Shown piece by piece: positions 38,301 to 48,743 of a stretch of DNA of 64,000 bases. The notes under the pieces were generated by a model. It ran no database searches, was not told the origin of the DNA, and was given only the letters and a program-made list of their open reading frames with translations. Origin of the DNA: Laetmonice hystrix (Eukaryota); NCBI GenBank assembly GCA_965235115.1, contig OZ249436.1, forward strand, positions 5,768,001 to 5,832,000, given 5' to 3'. Position numbers and translations under genes: made by a program. How positions within the stretch are numbered: position 1 is the first letter of the stretch; each line of letters opens with the position of its first letter.

Positions 38301-41300
38301 ATGTAGTTATGATGACCAGATATTTAAATAATTTTGCTGAATCATGAAACATACGTGACACATGTACTTTATACATTATACTTTATATTCGAGTTGTATT
38401 AATGTGTAAAATTCTACCATTGTGATTCCTCTGCCGTCAGTGAATACAGAAACAAAATCACAAGAATGACATCAAAATAGGCGTTTGTGTAATCCAATGG
38501 CGTAAACAATAGTTTTGAGGTGCTTTAGAAAATTCTACAATTAAAAAAGGTGAAGATTAAGTGTAGCCATTCTTCAAAGATTAATATTTTTATATTACTG
38601 TGAAAGAAGCAGCGTTAGACAGAAGATTGCAAGAATATTGTCTTTGTTCAAAAAGTATAACATTATCAGAAGGAATTAGTGATTAAAATAAAAAGCCAGC
38701 TCTAATCATTAAAATCTGGATAGCATAATAATCATCTTTTTAGTTGTAACTTTAGTTCTTTAGAATTCACATCGTTCCGTCATCCCCCCCCCCCCTAGTA
38801 ATTAAGGTAATACTTCTACATTTTAGGTCACACAATATTTGTCCAAGTATAATAAAGAAGGTAAATTATGTATTGCAGTAAGAAATGAAATGAACGGGCC
38901 CAGTGAATATTAACATTTTATGTTATTTCGAGTAAATTATAAGGATAGTCAGGGAAAGTGGCCATAAAATAGGTATTTTAATGTTGTTATGTTCAGGGAC
39001 AACTACTGTAGTGGTATCCATAGAATGGCAGATAGACCTAACACCCACATCGCCACTGTCATGGCCGCCTTCCTGCTGACTCCGAACAAAGCAATGGCGG
39101 CCATGATGAAATGTTCACAATGCCACTGGTACCGGCTTGCACGACTAGTGCTGCCACCATTGTGCCGCCTTCTCTCTATCCCCAGGAATGCCAGGCTATG
39201 CAAATTAGTCACATGACTAACCTTTGCCGCTGCGCTCGTACAACGCTATTTCTGAGACCTCTAGTGGTAGGAGCTGGAACTAATGCATTGTGAATATTTA
39301 ATGAGTATTGGATGTTGAAGGTCAGGAAAAGTATACGATATATACGGCTCGTTCGCCGTCAGACGGCCAATCCAGTGGACGAACGTTGTAGCGTTAATAA
39401 ATAAAGGTCCTAGAAATACGTATATATGACTCTAAAGGCTGTGTGTAAATCCAAAGAAGGATATTCTAGTCGCCGAAAATGCACTGTTTATCGGTTCCTG
39501 GTACCGAACATTGCGGTGTGAGCAGCAGCGCCACTACGAGCTAGCGGATTTGGGGCACAATAGTGGTTTCACCGATTTACACCAGGTGGCAGTGTAGTTG
39601 ATAAGACGCCAATGCTGAGGGCTGTAGATGAAATCATCATTCAGGAAGTTTACCGTTGTTTGTTCTGATACAGCAAACAATATGCTGCTGCGCCGTCCCC
39701 ACGCGTGTTTTACTTGTAAGTGTGAGATTAAGAGGTCAAACTTTAAAAAAATCTAAGCCTACACTTATCTTGTACCGGTACCTAGCCATTATTCAGACAA
39801 CATCACGGTGAGTTATTTGGAGTATAAGTTTCACTTTTGAAAAGCCTAGAGATTAGATCATCTGGATTTTTCTTTAGGCCTGTATGATCACAGAGAGATT
39901 TTGAGATTGGCTTTTTATTTGGGCTACGGTACAACAAACCGTTTAAGAGAAGCTGTTCCTTTTTTAAGCTTTGATTTGCCAACACGAAATGATCAGTTCT
40001 GCCTGAGTACGATCGATGGATTATGTATGCTAAACTTTTGGGAAATATGGTATGACTTCCTTTAAATATGAGATAAAGGGATTCATTTTTCTTTTATAAG
40101 GAGACGCTTTAGTAAAATTTAACCAAGCATGTTTTGCGAAATATTCCTCCAAGATTTAAAAGAAAGTGCAAAATATTTGGAATTTGGCAGAGATTGGTAA
40201 AGCCGCAAAAGTTGTTCAATCGGAACACCGTCAACATAGATGTCTTCAATTACAAGGTTCACAATCACAGCCGTTTCTTGAGTCGAGCGAAAACGGAACC
40301 CTGTTAACCGGTGGCCCAATGTAGGCATGTGATGCGAGCCACCAATGGCCCTCGGTGGCCCTAGCAGCCCTGTCTCCCGGGGGGTTAAGTGTCCACACAC
40401 CGGATCAAGTCTTCCCAGACGGTTGACAGTTAGACTGTCAGCCGCTGACAGATACCAGCCCATGTGACGGCCCACCTGACAGGCCATATGACAGCACTTG
40501 TGGCCGAGCAAACACATGGCAAGCCGGCTGTCAGCGGGGAAGCCCTACGCCTTGGACGGGCTGACGTCCGAAGACTAGGGAAGGACGGCCGTAGATGACC
40601 GGGCTTGTCTACCCGTCAAGGCCCGGTGTCGTCCCTTGAGGGTTTCACCGTCGGCACCACTTGAGCTTAGCTTTGTTGTGGGAGAAACGCAAGTCCGGCG
40701 TTATCCGGGCGATATTTTGTTGGGTCAACCTTTGTATGTGCCCTGTCACATAGGTCGGTGCTGCTGGTACATGCTGTCAAGTGGATAGCTGATGGGGCTC
40801 AAACATAGAAACCCATACATCACCACAGCCCGCCTCGTCTCTACTCCTACCTGTACATGACAATATGCTCCCGGTCAACACACGGAAACTGATACCTGCC
40901 CACCCAGGCCCGTTCTCTTAACCAGGGCACCTGCTCCTCTTGCTTTCCGTTCTGCTGCAAGAATTGCCAATGAAACCTATGTAAACATAGGTGACATGTC
41001 AGCAGGGCTCGAGTGGCCGCTACAGCTTCCTGTGCCACTCCCCATGTACACAGATTTGTTGGTTTTTCCGGGAACTTTTTACGGTGCTCTGTTTTACACG
41101 CGTTCTCTGGCGGGACATGGGTATGGAATGGTGTGGATCATGATGTTTCTCAGATTCTGGTCCTCGGCTCGAATAACAGGAGTCCCTCCCCAGCAAGCTT
41201 GATTCGCGTGTAATGAGAATCAGAAACGATAATAGATCTGAAAAAATAAACAGGAGTAAAACAAGTGTTAGAAAGGTGATATGTTCTCGTCATATTAATA

Positions 41301-44300
41301 TTAAGTCTAAGATGATGAACATGTACGACCTTCTACCTTTGAGATTAGCCGGTACAAGGATAAGATGGTTTGAAAGGTACAGCCCTCCCTCCCCACAGTG
41401 GTACAAGTGTTGGTTTTATAGAGTCAAGTGTATAATTCTGACCATATTTTTGACCCAGTCTATCGGCTCCAGTGTAAGATGGACCCATATGATAGAGGTA
41501 TATACCCAAGATTGTATTTACACATAGATCAAAATCTACCTGTGACTCCCGAGTCATTCCCAGTTACCTCCATACTCGTATCAAGTTTACATAGGCGTAC
41601 AGTATACATCATAAAGTCTCACTTAATGGAGTATAGATTGATGCTGTCTTTGTGATGCCTTTCAAAGTCTAGGATGAAGCCTGTACGATCAGATTGGTTC
41701 AATACGTCAATAGAGAACTTGCATTATAAAGACCGAGAACAGACTGAACTGTAGGAAACATTTTACGAGTAGTGACTGCCAAAATCTTGGTCTACAAACC
41801 ATAACCAGAAGCTGGGCGGAGAGAAGTTATTGTGAATTTTGACATGTTATTTTTCCAACGCATGCTGAACTAGAATGAAAGGTACAAGCCGTTCATACTG
41901 CAGTAATTCAACATAACATGCTGATCCAGAACGAAAGGTACATGCCGTTCATACTGCGGTAATTCAACATGTCGACATGCTGATCCAGAATGAAAGGTAC
42001 AAGCCGTTTATACTGCGGTAATTCAACATAACATGCTGATCCAGAATGAAAGGTACAAGCCGTTCATACTGCAGTAATTCAACATAACATGCTGATCCAG
42101 AACGAAAGGTACAAGCCGTTCATACTGCGGTAATTCAACATGTCGACATGCTGATCCAGAATGAAAGGTACAAGCCGTTTATACTGCGGTAATTCAACAT
42201 AACATGCTGATCCAGAATGAAAGGTACAAGCCGTTCATACTGCGGTAATTCAACATAACATGCTGATCCAGAATGAAAGGTACAAGCCGTTCATACTGCG
42301 GTAATTCAACATGTCGACATGCTGATCCAGAATGAAAGGTACAAGCCGTTTATACTGCGGTAATTCAACATAACATGCTGATCCAGAATGAAAGGTACAA
42401 GCCGTTTATACTGCGGTAATTCAACATAACATGCTGATCCAGAATGAAAGGTACAAGCCGTTCATACTGCGGTAATTCAACATGTCGACATGCTGATCCA
42501 GAATGAAAGGTACAAGCCGTTTATACTGCGGTAATTCAACATAACATGCTGATCCAGAATGAAAGGTACATGCCGTTCATACTGCGGTAATTCAACATGT
42601 CGACATGCTGATCCAGAATGAAAGGTACAAGCCGTTTATACTGCGGTAATTCAACATAACATGCTGATCCAGAATGAAAGGTACATGCCGTTCATACTGC
42701 GGTAATTCAACATAACATGCTGATCCAGAATGAAAGGTACATGCCGTTCATACTGCGGTAATTCAACATAACATGCTGATCCAGAATGAAAGGTACAAGC
42801 CGTTCATACTGCGGTAATTCAACATAACATGCTGATCCAGAATGAAAGGTACATGCCGTTCATACTGCGGTAATTCAACATAAGAATGCGACCAACCTTG
42901 CGAGAATCCCTTTCAGTAGACAGCAGCAGTACCCCCTGTTCCGTCCAAGTTTGGCTCAGTTATTTGTGTTGTACTAAGGAACCCATTTTTGTTTTGCAGC
43001 TCTTCACAAGGCAGGTCGCCATATGGAGGACAGTATTGTGGCCGCCTACGTCGCCTTGTTGGTCGGGGTTGTTCTTCAACACAACGGGGTATGTACCAAA
43101 ATGGTGTTTGATGGGGTTTCTATGGTAACCAGGTATAGTAAACTGTTGCGATATCAGAGTATCCCACAGCTGGTTTTATTGTAAGTCGTTGACAGATCTG
43201 AAGACCTAGTAGGCGTCCCTGAGCGCCAAGTCCGTCAAAAAATATAGTTTAGACTTGTTTTGTACTTGAGTGTCATTGCAGGTCAATATTGGGTAATTGA
43301 CACAAATGAAAGCAATTTCTATACAGGAACGTTAATTCTGTACGATAAAACTTTTTACACTACAAATTCTTTGTTCTTTATGGAAAGGAGCTAAGTGAGT
43401 AATTTGGCTTGGCAGGTTTAATGCGGTAAGCCAGTCGATTTGTGAGGCATATACGTGGCCTTTACTTGCTATCTTGAAAGACTACTTTTTACAGCTTGTC
43501 GAGACCAGTTGTATATAGTTAAACCGGTAACACACTCCTGCTGTTCTTTCATCATGAGTGTTTTGCAAATTAGAATGTGTAATTACTGGGCAATCAAGGG
43601 GCCGAGAAAGTCTGAAATTAAGGATGTAGAGACTTTTTTTCGGTAGTGATACACTGGTTGGGTGGCCCGTAAACATTCATTTTTAACTTTGTTTAAGGAT
43701 AAATCGGTAAAGAAAATATTGAGGATTTGCTGGAATGTGACCGCGTGGGGTTTAGTAATGACGTAATTTAGGATAATATAACTTCACACTGTCATGAACC
43801 AGATAATTGAGTGTCTAATATAGGTAGAGGTACACACAGAACAAATGTGACTGTAGTCTGTGTGTCTAATATAGGTAGAGGTACACACAGAACAAATGTG
43901 ACTGGAGTCTGTGTGTCTAATATAGATAGAGGTACACACAGAACAAATGTGACTGGAGTCTGTGTGTGTGTGTCTAATATAGGTACAAGTACACACAGAA
44001 CAAATGTGACTGTAGTCTGTGTGTGTGTCTAATATAGGTAGAGGTACACACAGAACAAATGTGACTGGAGTCTGTGTGTCTAATATAGATAGAGGTACAC
44101 GCAGAACAAATGTGACTGGACTCTGTGTGTGTGTGTCTAATATAGGTACAAGTACACACAGAACAAATGTGACTGTAGTCTGTGTGTGTGTCTAATATAG
44201 GTAGAGGTACACACAGAACAAATGTGACTGGAGTCCGTGTGTCTAATATAGGTAGAGGTACACACAGAACAAATGTGACTGGAGTCTGTGTGTCTAATAT

Positions 44301-47300
44301 AGGTAGAGGTGCACACAGAACAAATGTGACTGGAGTCTGTGTGTCTAATATAGGTAGAGGTACACACAGAACAAATGTGACTGGAATCTGTGTGTCTAAT
44401 ATAGGTAGAGGTACACACAGAACAAATGTGACTGGAGTCGGTGTGTCTATTATAGGTAGAGGTACACACAGAACAAATGTGACTGTAGTCGGTGTGTCTA
44501 ATATAGGTAGAGGTGCACACAGAACAGATGTGACTGGAGTCTGTGTGTCTAATATAGGTAGAGGTACACACAGAACAAATGTGACTGGAGTCTGTGTGGT
44601 CTGGATGAACACGACCACGGTGCCTTGCGAGATTTTGCTGTCAGCTCTCTACTAGGTGGCTCTCGTATCGCAGTTCCCAAATATAGCACCAGGGGGCAGG
44701 TGTGGTGTCTGCAAGCCCTCTCCCAAGTGGCGCACAGCTGAACGAGCCAACCAAAATAAGGGAAGGAAACAAAACACAGCTGGTGTGAATATTTCAAGCA
44801 TGATTGTCGTCTCGCAGCGTTTTCTATAATCGACACACCAACCGCTTCCGAAACCTAGGCAATTGTCTTGTACTCAGTAACAGTTTCAGGAGAATTAGGA
44901 GTGGGGACCCGTTTAATTTTTGTTAGTTTTACAGTCAGTGAAACAGTGTTTTAAGGTGGAAACTTGTCTGTAAAACAAAACGCCTTGTCATACAAATATG
45001 GGCGGCCAGACATAGCCAGAGCGTTTCTCACCATTGCCGACTTTAGAAGAGAAAGGAGCAGTGGATTATTTTTACTTTTGATTAGTTTCGTGTTCACCCT
45101 CATGTACAACTTCCCAAAGAGTTCCTATATTTTAACTGATTGGTGTTTGTGTTGCAGGAACTGGTTGATGAGATCCGCGACTTGCTTCCCAATGGCAGCT
45201 TCGAACCAATGGTCAAAATGCTCAAAAAGTTCCTAGGATTCATGAACTTTACGGTAAGGCTGCTTCTTTCTGTTCTGCCTTCATGGATCAACCACAGAAA
45301 AAGTAAACCGACTCCATTTTATTCAAATGTTGTGAGGTTATAAGAGATAAAGCTAGAGAAGGCAGGCCATACTTTCAGATGAACTATTAGGTTAGGTTGA
45401 TATTAACCAAAAGCAAGCTTCCCCCGTTTTAGGGTGTTTTGATCAGAAAGATTGACCACAAAATTTCATTTATGTATTTGGAGTTTGTCACATGGTTTGT
45501 GTTTGGTCATAAGACAATGAGGCACAGGACACTTGGTAGTGTAAACAATACATGTTGGCAATATAAATCATACTACATGTACTATATAGTTTGAGGATAG
45601 TCAAACAATTAGATCCCAAAGCGATTACACGGCGGCGGGACAGTCAAACACCAGGTTCAAATTGCTCATGGTCAGGGATGATGAAGTCCAATTATTTTCT
45701 GAATTCATCAAAATATTAAAACAAATGAGTAATTCTTATCAATCAGAAGAGCACATTTGTAGCCGGAAACTACGGGCGTATAGTTGGCTGCCCGATTCAC
45801 ACCACGGCCGATACTTGCGCCGACACCGACGTCGGTGGCAGTGTGAATCATGCTGCACTGATACTGCAACCCGATGCACGCACTGGGAACTGTCGTCGGC
45901 CGTCGTCGGGACTTCTTCCCGTCGGGGTACACGGGGTTCGACGGGACCGACATGTTCTATTCGCCTCGCCGATATCGGTGTCGGCCACTGGTGTCGGTAT
46001 GGCCTATGTGTGAATAGTCACCTTGAAAATACTGTGTTTTTTAAAAAAAAGTCGGCATCGGCCGCGGTGTGAATGGGGCATTAGTTGCTGGATCGTATTT
46101 CTCTGAGATACAGTCTTCCTGTCTGAGATACCACTCTTCTATATGTGTCTCTAACTGACCAATGTCTAAGTTTTATTGAGTGTCTAATCAACCCAGTGTC
46201 TGCCCAGTATTTAATTGCCTAACCTTTAAGTAAGGTCATATAGTTCCTATCTTAAAGTATAATACTTGAGTTTCTTTTACCGAAACTGTTTCGTTTGCTT
46301 GAGATATTTTAAGTTTAGGATATGGTGATTAGTTTCCTTTTCCTTGTGTCTGTAACTTATGTTAAAGGTGCTATTCGTGAAAAAAAGTTCATTTTTTTAT
46401 TTTTAATTTTGTTGACGTTTATGTGATCCCACCTATCGTGGAAATAGATTCACAACAAAGAAAATAAAAAATTTTCATGGATAACGGCACAAATGGGGCT
46501 CTCTCAGAAGGCCTGTGGAGACCCTGACACGCCCCTCCATAGGAAATGGCTCTATCTCGGTGCGCACCGAGATAGGTTTCAAATGCTGCACACAAACTAA
46601 TAGAATGTTTATCAGGCCAATGGTATCGGTAGGAATTGTTTCTAGTACTATGTGCACAATGTATGATAGGAGAAATGCCATTTTGTGCGAGACGAATAGC
46701 ACCTTTAAATGATCCATAGAGTAACCTCACGTGTTAGGTTTTTAAAGTAATTTCGTATATACAATTACAATTTGGAAGTTCAGGTTATGGTATGCATTCA
46801 TTCATTATGTGTATTGAGTGTGTAGGGAACCCTTCAGACTGTGTGGACAGATTGAGGAAGTTACATTGTTACTTTATATTTTTGGTGTAATGTTTTATCA
46901 TCAGTTTTGCATAGTGTCTAAATGTCGTGTGACCAAATGTCTGGGTATCATGTGGTTGTCTGAGTGCGGACAAGAGTTGAGTTGTCTCTAACAAGACAGA
47001 TCATGGACGAGTAGCGGTGACCGTTGTTATGCCATCACAACAAGGCAGTGATCTGATTGAAGCTTGCCCAGTTAGTGGTGAATGTCGTAGGGAGACAATA
47101 GCAGACAGATTGGTAGCCACAGAGAGGTGACAGATCCCATTGGCTCTCTGATCTCGGCCTGACCACTGATCATGACACATCGTGACACGCCATCTATTAA
47201 ACGCCCCACTCCGGACGTTTGCGCCGCTTCTGATGACAACAATTAAATTTGTTAGTGTGTCATTGCGGTGTAATTGGGAGAGTCCGGCCTGATAACATCG

Positions 47301-48743
47301 GGCTGGCCGGGCAGGGCGACCGCTGATGGCGCCATGATTGCGGCTCCCTGATCCCCGCATTCTTTGATGGCGGAGCACAAAGGCCGGTGTGAGGTCTTTA
47401 TTTGAGCGGCGGCCACATCTGATGAAGGCCGGTAATACGGCCCTGCTCCATGCCCTTCTCTATCAGTAATTGAATCAGTTCCGTTGTGGGCTCGGCCAGG
47501 CGGAGCACCCTGGTGGTGGAGGATGTCACTAAGTCATGTCGGAAGTGGCCTATGGAGGGCAGGTATCAATGTAAGCGGCAGGCCTGTGGCAGTGCACACA
47601 CACAGCGAGGACTGACACAGGCTTCTTTGATGACTTGTCACATCGATGTGCAAGCCGGCAACAAGTCTTAGCGCTTCGCACGCTGTGTGCCGGGCATGGG
47701 CGGTATTGTTGAGTGGCTAAGGCAGACAGAGAGCGTGTAGTGGCGGCTACAAGCCGCTGTGTACGCGCTCACTGAGGCATGCTACCCAATCACAGCTTGC
47801 CCTTCCAAATGTCGGCACCAGTTAGCCACACCCTCTGGACACCGGCCGCGGCCCAAGGCACCGCCGCGCCGCGCCATCACCAGGTTAACCTCATGGAAAA
47901 CGGCAAAAGGATGCAAATTGCCCTAATCATGTAAATGCAGCGATCCAGAAAGTGTTCTGGCCATCAAGGGCTTAGTGCCATGGCTTATCTTTCGGCACTG
48001 ACAGATGGGATCCACAGTTACAAACTTCAAACACCTGGCTCAGGTAGCATGGCTGATAATGAAGAAGTGTTCAGTGAAGCAGGTAGTTAAATTATAGAGC
48101 CTAGAGGAGGGTGATGGCCACAGTAAAGTCTACCTCCCCCCCGCGCCCCCTCAATGCCAACCAGTACATTGGCCTGGGGCCAGACCCTGCTCAGACTTGT
48201 GCCACCAGTGACTTACCTACCTGTCACTCTCCCCGACCCCAGACACCACAAACTGGTGAGCACCGTTACATTCATGCCAGGAAACTCTCGCCGACATGAG
48301 AGACTGTTTCCCCCCAGATCTTCCAACGAATTGGATAGTGTAGAACATAATTTTTGATAATGGCGTTTAAAGATGACATCGTCAGTTCACAATGTGAACA
48401 CTTGACATTTACCATGAAGCATTTTAAGACTATTTCTGCGACATTACAGAAGTAATATATCTATTAGTCTAGACTGGTCTGCTGTGAACATAACCGGGAA
48501 CGTGAAATTAATAATTTCTTAAATCTGTAGACACACACTTGATTGTTGCTGAAAAAAGAATAGGGTGTTTATAAAGCGTGATTCTTTGAAATTGTGGGAC
48601 ATATATATAAATAATAAATTTTCTTCGTTCAAAACCGCCAGATATCAAATTAACATGAACTGTTTTGTTTCTTACAGAGCTCGGTGGGCAACACAGGTGG
48701 AAAGTCGATCATCCGGGTAATCCAAACCTTACAGGATTGCTAA
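11256..48743 (+). CDS. WAPL: WAPL (wings apart-like cohesin release factor), 5'-partial spliced CDS: join(11256..11318,30496..30690,32614..32750,33033..33144,33448..33690,34021..34132,34516..34619,35260..35336,35518..35663,36340..36455,36718..36852,37211..37517,43000..43088,45158..45253,48678..48743)
   Basis: 15 exons bounded by AG/GT with matching phases, 1998 nt in total. The translation has recognisable WAPL-domain motifs: [134 protein letters not shown], ending QDC-stop. Confidence 0.95.
11745..12345. repeat. Minisatellite, 28-bp unit, degenerate at both edges
   Basis: attcactgtgtccattatgctatgtctc and variants. Confidence 0.95.
13302..13451. mobile_element. MITE family A, copy 2
   Basis: ggtgtgaacggaatgtaagtcc...ggacttgtattcctgtcacacc; shares aatgcaggtcc and gacctgcatttca with copy 1. 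Confidence 0.75.
13504..14119. repeat. Minisatellite, 41-bp unit, about 15 copies
   Basis: aaggactaccacatcatgctggggatgtttgttacctgtca. Confidence 0.97.
14249..16188. repeat. Minisatellite, 51-bp unit, about 38 copies
   Basis: tagctcacgcccaggagaaccttggctcagagacttcccctagctcatgga; source of the 686-aa ORF. Confidence 0.97.
18867..19173. mobile_element. Foldback MITE with sub-repeated arms and a TTAGGG-containing spacer
   Basis: tgacaaatgctcacaagacaaatgctcac...gtgagcatttgtcttgtgagcatttgtca; arms about 85 bp or more. Confidence 0.8.
20200..20490 (+). mobile_element. Highly degenerate non-LTR retrotransposon reverse-transcriptase fragment (CR1/L2-like)
   Basis: Manual translation gives [12 protein letters not shown] (cf. 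AFDxVPHxxLLxK) and downstream [16 protein letters not shown] (cf. WxxVxSGVPQGSVL) in the expected order. Confidence 0.4.
22010..22443. repeat. GC-rich short-unit repeat (18/23-bp variants)
   Basis: gcaggcggtacgggtacg(gtata) units. Confidence 0.93.
23047..23742. repeat. Minisatellite of interleaved 11- and 14-bp modules (25-bp base unit)
   Basis: gaggcttgtatt and gagaggcagtatt modules. Confidence 0.95.
24686..26078. repeat. Tandemly duplicated block, each copy holding a 72/76-bp minisatellite (4 and 11 units)
   Basis: Head tttgtatggcataattacggg... at about 24686 and 25123; tail tttgagagactcgtgttgagcg...gggatttt at about 25068 and 26022. Confidence 0.95.
26175..26425 (+). mobile_element. tRNA-derived SINE relic with Deu/Nin-domain-like core
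   Basis: A-box-like gtggcgcagtgg; core gttaaagatcccctggcgtctgtcgaaaagag; tail ggcgttaagtacaac...ctctctcactcac. Confidence 0.65.
27140..27325 (+). mobile_element. SINE relic with V/Meta-type conserved core
   Basis: B-box-like cgagttcaggtc; core ggtggtttcctccgggtactccagtttcccccacc. Confidence 0.65.
28946..29506. repeat. Minisatellite, 33-bp unit, about 17 copies
   Basis: ggagatggatgtaacaatgggccatgatttggt. Confidence 0.97.
30496..30690 (+). CDS. WAPL: WAPL exon: PENQPSG...RVTLPKPS...[14 protein letters not shown]
   Basis: ttgcag acceptor, gtgagt donor, 195 nt phase 0/0; resembles vertebrate VTIP...DIVTALKCRREDKE. Confidence 0.9.
31603..31952. mobile_element. Probable G/C-tract MITE remnant(s)
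   Basis: G-runs followed by repeated cccccaataatttt motifs; only weak terminal complementarity. Confidence 0.4.
32614..32750 (+). CDS. WAPL: WAPL exon: [45 protein letters not shown](S)
   Basis: tttcag / gtaggc; start of the WAPL helical domain. Confidence 0.95.
33033..33144 (+). CDS. WAPL: WAPL exon: [37 protein letters not shown]
   Basis: tcacag / gtaagt; FRMHLRAHG motif. Confidence 0.95.
33448..33690 (+). CDS. WAPL: WAPL exon: [22 protein letters not shown]...HLDLVDIS
   Basis: ttgcag / gtaagt; lies within ORF 33436..33699. Confidence 0.95.
34021..34132 (+). CDS. WAPL: WAPL exon: [37 protein letters not shown]
   Basis: ttttag / gtaaga; highly conserved WAPL block. Confidence 0.95.
34516..34619 (+). 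CDS. WAPL: WAPL exon: (V)[34 protein letters not shown]
   Basis: tttcag / gtgagt; RCLRVLE motif. Confidence 0.93.
35260..35336 (+). CDS. WAPL: WAPL exon: [25 protein letters not shown](R)
   Basis: ttaaag / gtaggt; NxxNQxYLI motif; phase fits both neighbours. Confidence 0.9.
35518..35663 (+). CDS. WAPL: WAPL exon: GLKVCENC...[16 protein letters not shown]
   Basis: ttgcag / gtaggt; VLLNLTxDN motif. Confidence 0.93.
35950..36329. repeat. Minisatellite, 66-bp unit, about 5.7 copies, abutting a WAPL splice acceptor
   Basis: gaacgttttctgagcaaggttgactctggtagcgattctaatgtaggtttgttgtggcgaggagtt. Confidence 0.95.
36340..36455 (+). CDS. WAPL: WAPL exon: (E)[38 protein letters not shown]
   Basis: ttacag / gtaagt; GEQxGL and EQRFD motifs. 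Confidence 0.94.
36718..36852 (+). CDS. WAPL: WAPL exon: [20 protein letters not shown]...SALVQ
   Basis: ttgcag / gtaaat; LGLxINxVE motif. Confidence 0.94.
37211..37517 (+). CDS. WAPL: WAPL exon: [13 protein letters not shown]...[14 protein letters not shown]...EEDENFTK
   Basis: long pyrimidine tract ttccag / gtaaag; SGxWQE...W motif in an acidic loop. Confidence 0.93.
41860..42882. repeat. Minisatellite, 56/59-bp units, about 18 copies, with a 171-bp higher-order period
   Basis: acatgctgatccagaatgaaaggtacaagccgttcatactgcggtaattcaacat(a/gtcg). Confidence 0.96.
43000..43088 (+). CDS. WAPL: WAPL exon: (A)[29 protein letters not shown]
   Basis: ttgcag / gtatgt; AGxHMEDxIVAxY motif. Confidence 0.94.
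43811..44598. repeat. Minisatellite, about 51-57-bp unit with a variable (TG)n
   Basis: gtgtctaatataggtagaggtacacacagaacaaatgtgactggagtctgt. Confidence 0.96.
44670..44699 (+). promoter_or_regulatory. Candidate CTCF site (core plus upstream module)
   Basis: cgcagttcccaaatata-gcaccagggggcag: one mismatch to CCASYAGRKGGCRS, preceded by a GCAGTTCC upstream-like module. Confidence 0.5.
45158..45253 (+). CDS. WAPL: WAPL exon: [32 protein letters not shown]
   Basis: ttgcag / gtaagg; MLKKFLxFMN motif. Confidence 0.94.
45789..46080. mobile_element. CpG-rich palindromic MITE (possibly PIF/Harbinger-type)
   Basis: tgcccgattcacaccacggccgat ... atcggccgcggtgtgaatggggca. Confidence 0.78.
46366..46704. 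mobile_element. Kolobok-like MITE, TTAA TSD
   Basis: ttaa|aggtgctattcgt ... acgaatagcacct|ttaa (perfect 13-bp TIR). Confidence 0.85.
48678..48743 (+). CDS. WAPL: WAPL last coding exon: [21 protein letters not shown]
   Basis: ttacag acceptor, TAA at 48741..48743; resembles the vertebrate C-terminus [20 protein letters not shown]. Confidence 0.93.
   Translation, partial: SSVGNTGGKSIIRVIQTLQDC

Noticed and set aside
40119..40300. [10 protein letters not shown]...KYF resembling a LINE RT motif
   Set aside because: Single short resemblance, no neighbouring RT motifs recognised
1..44600. Selection for array units that are multiples of 3
   Set aside because: About 6 of 17 arrays, close to the one-third expected by chance
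47419..47450. CTGATGA plus ggccg hairpin as a hammerhead
   Set aside because: No GAAA after the stem and no stem I/III
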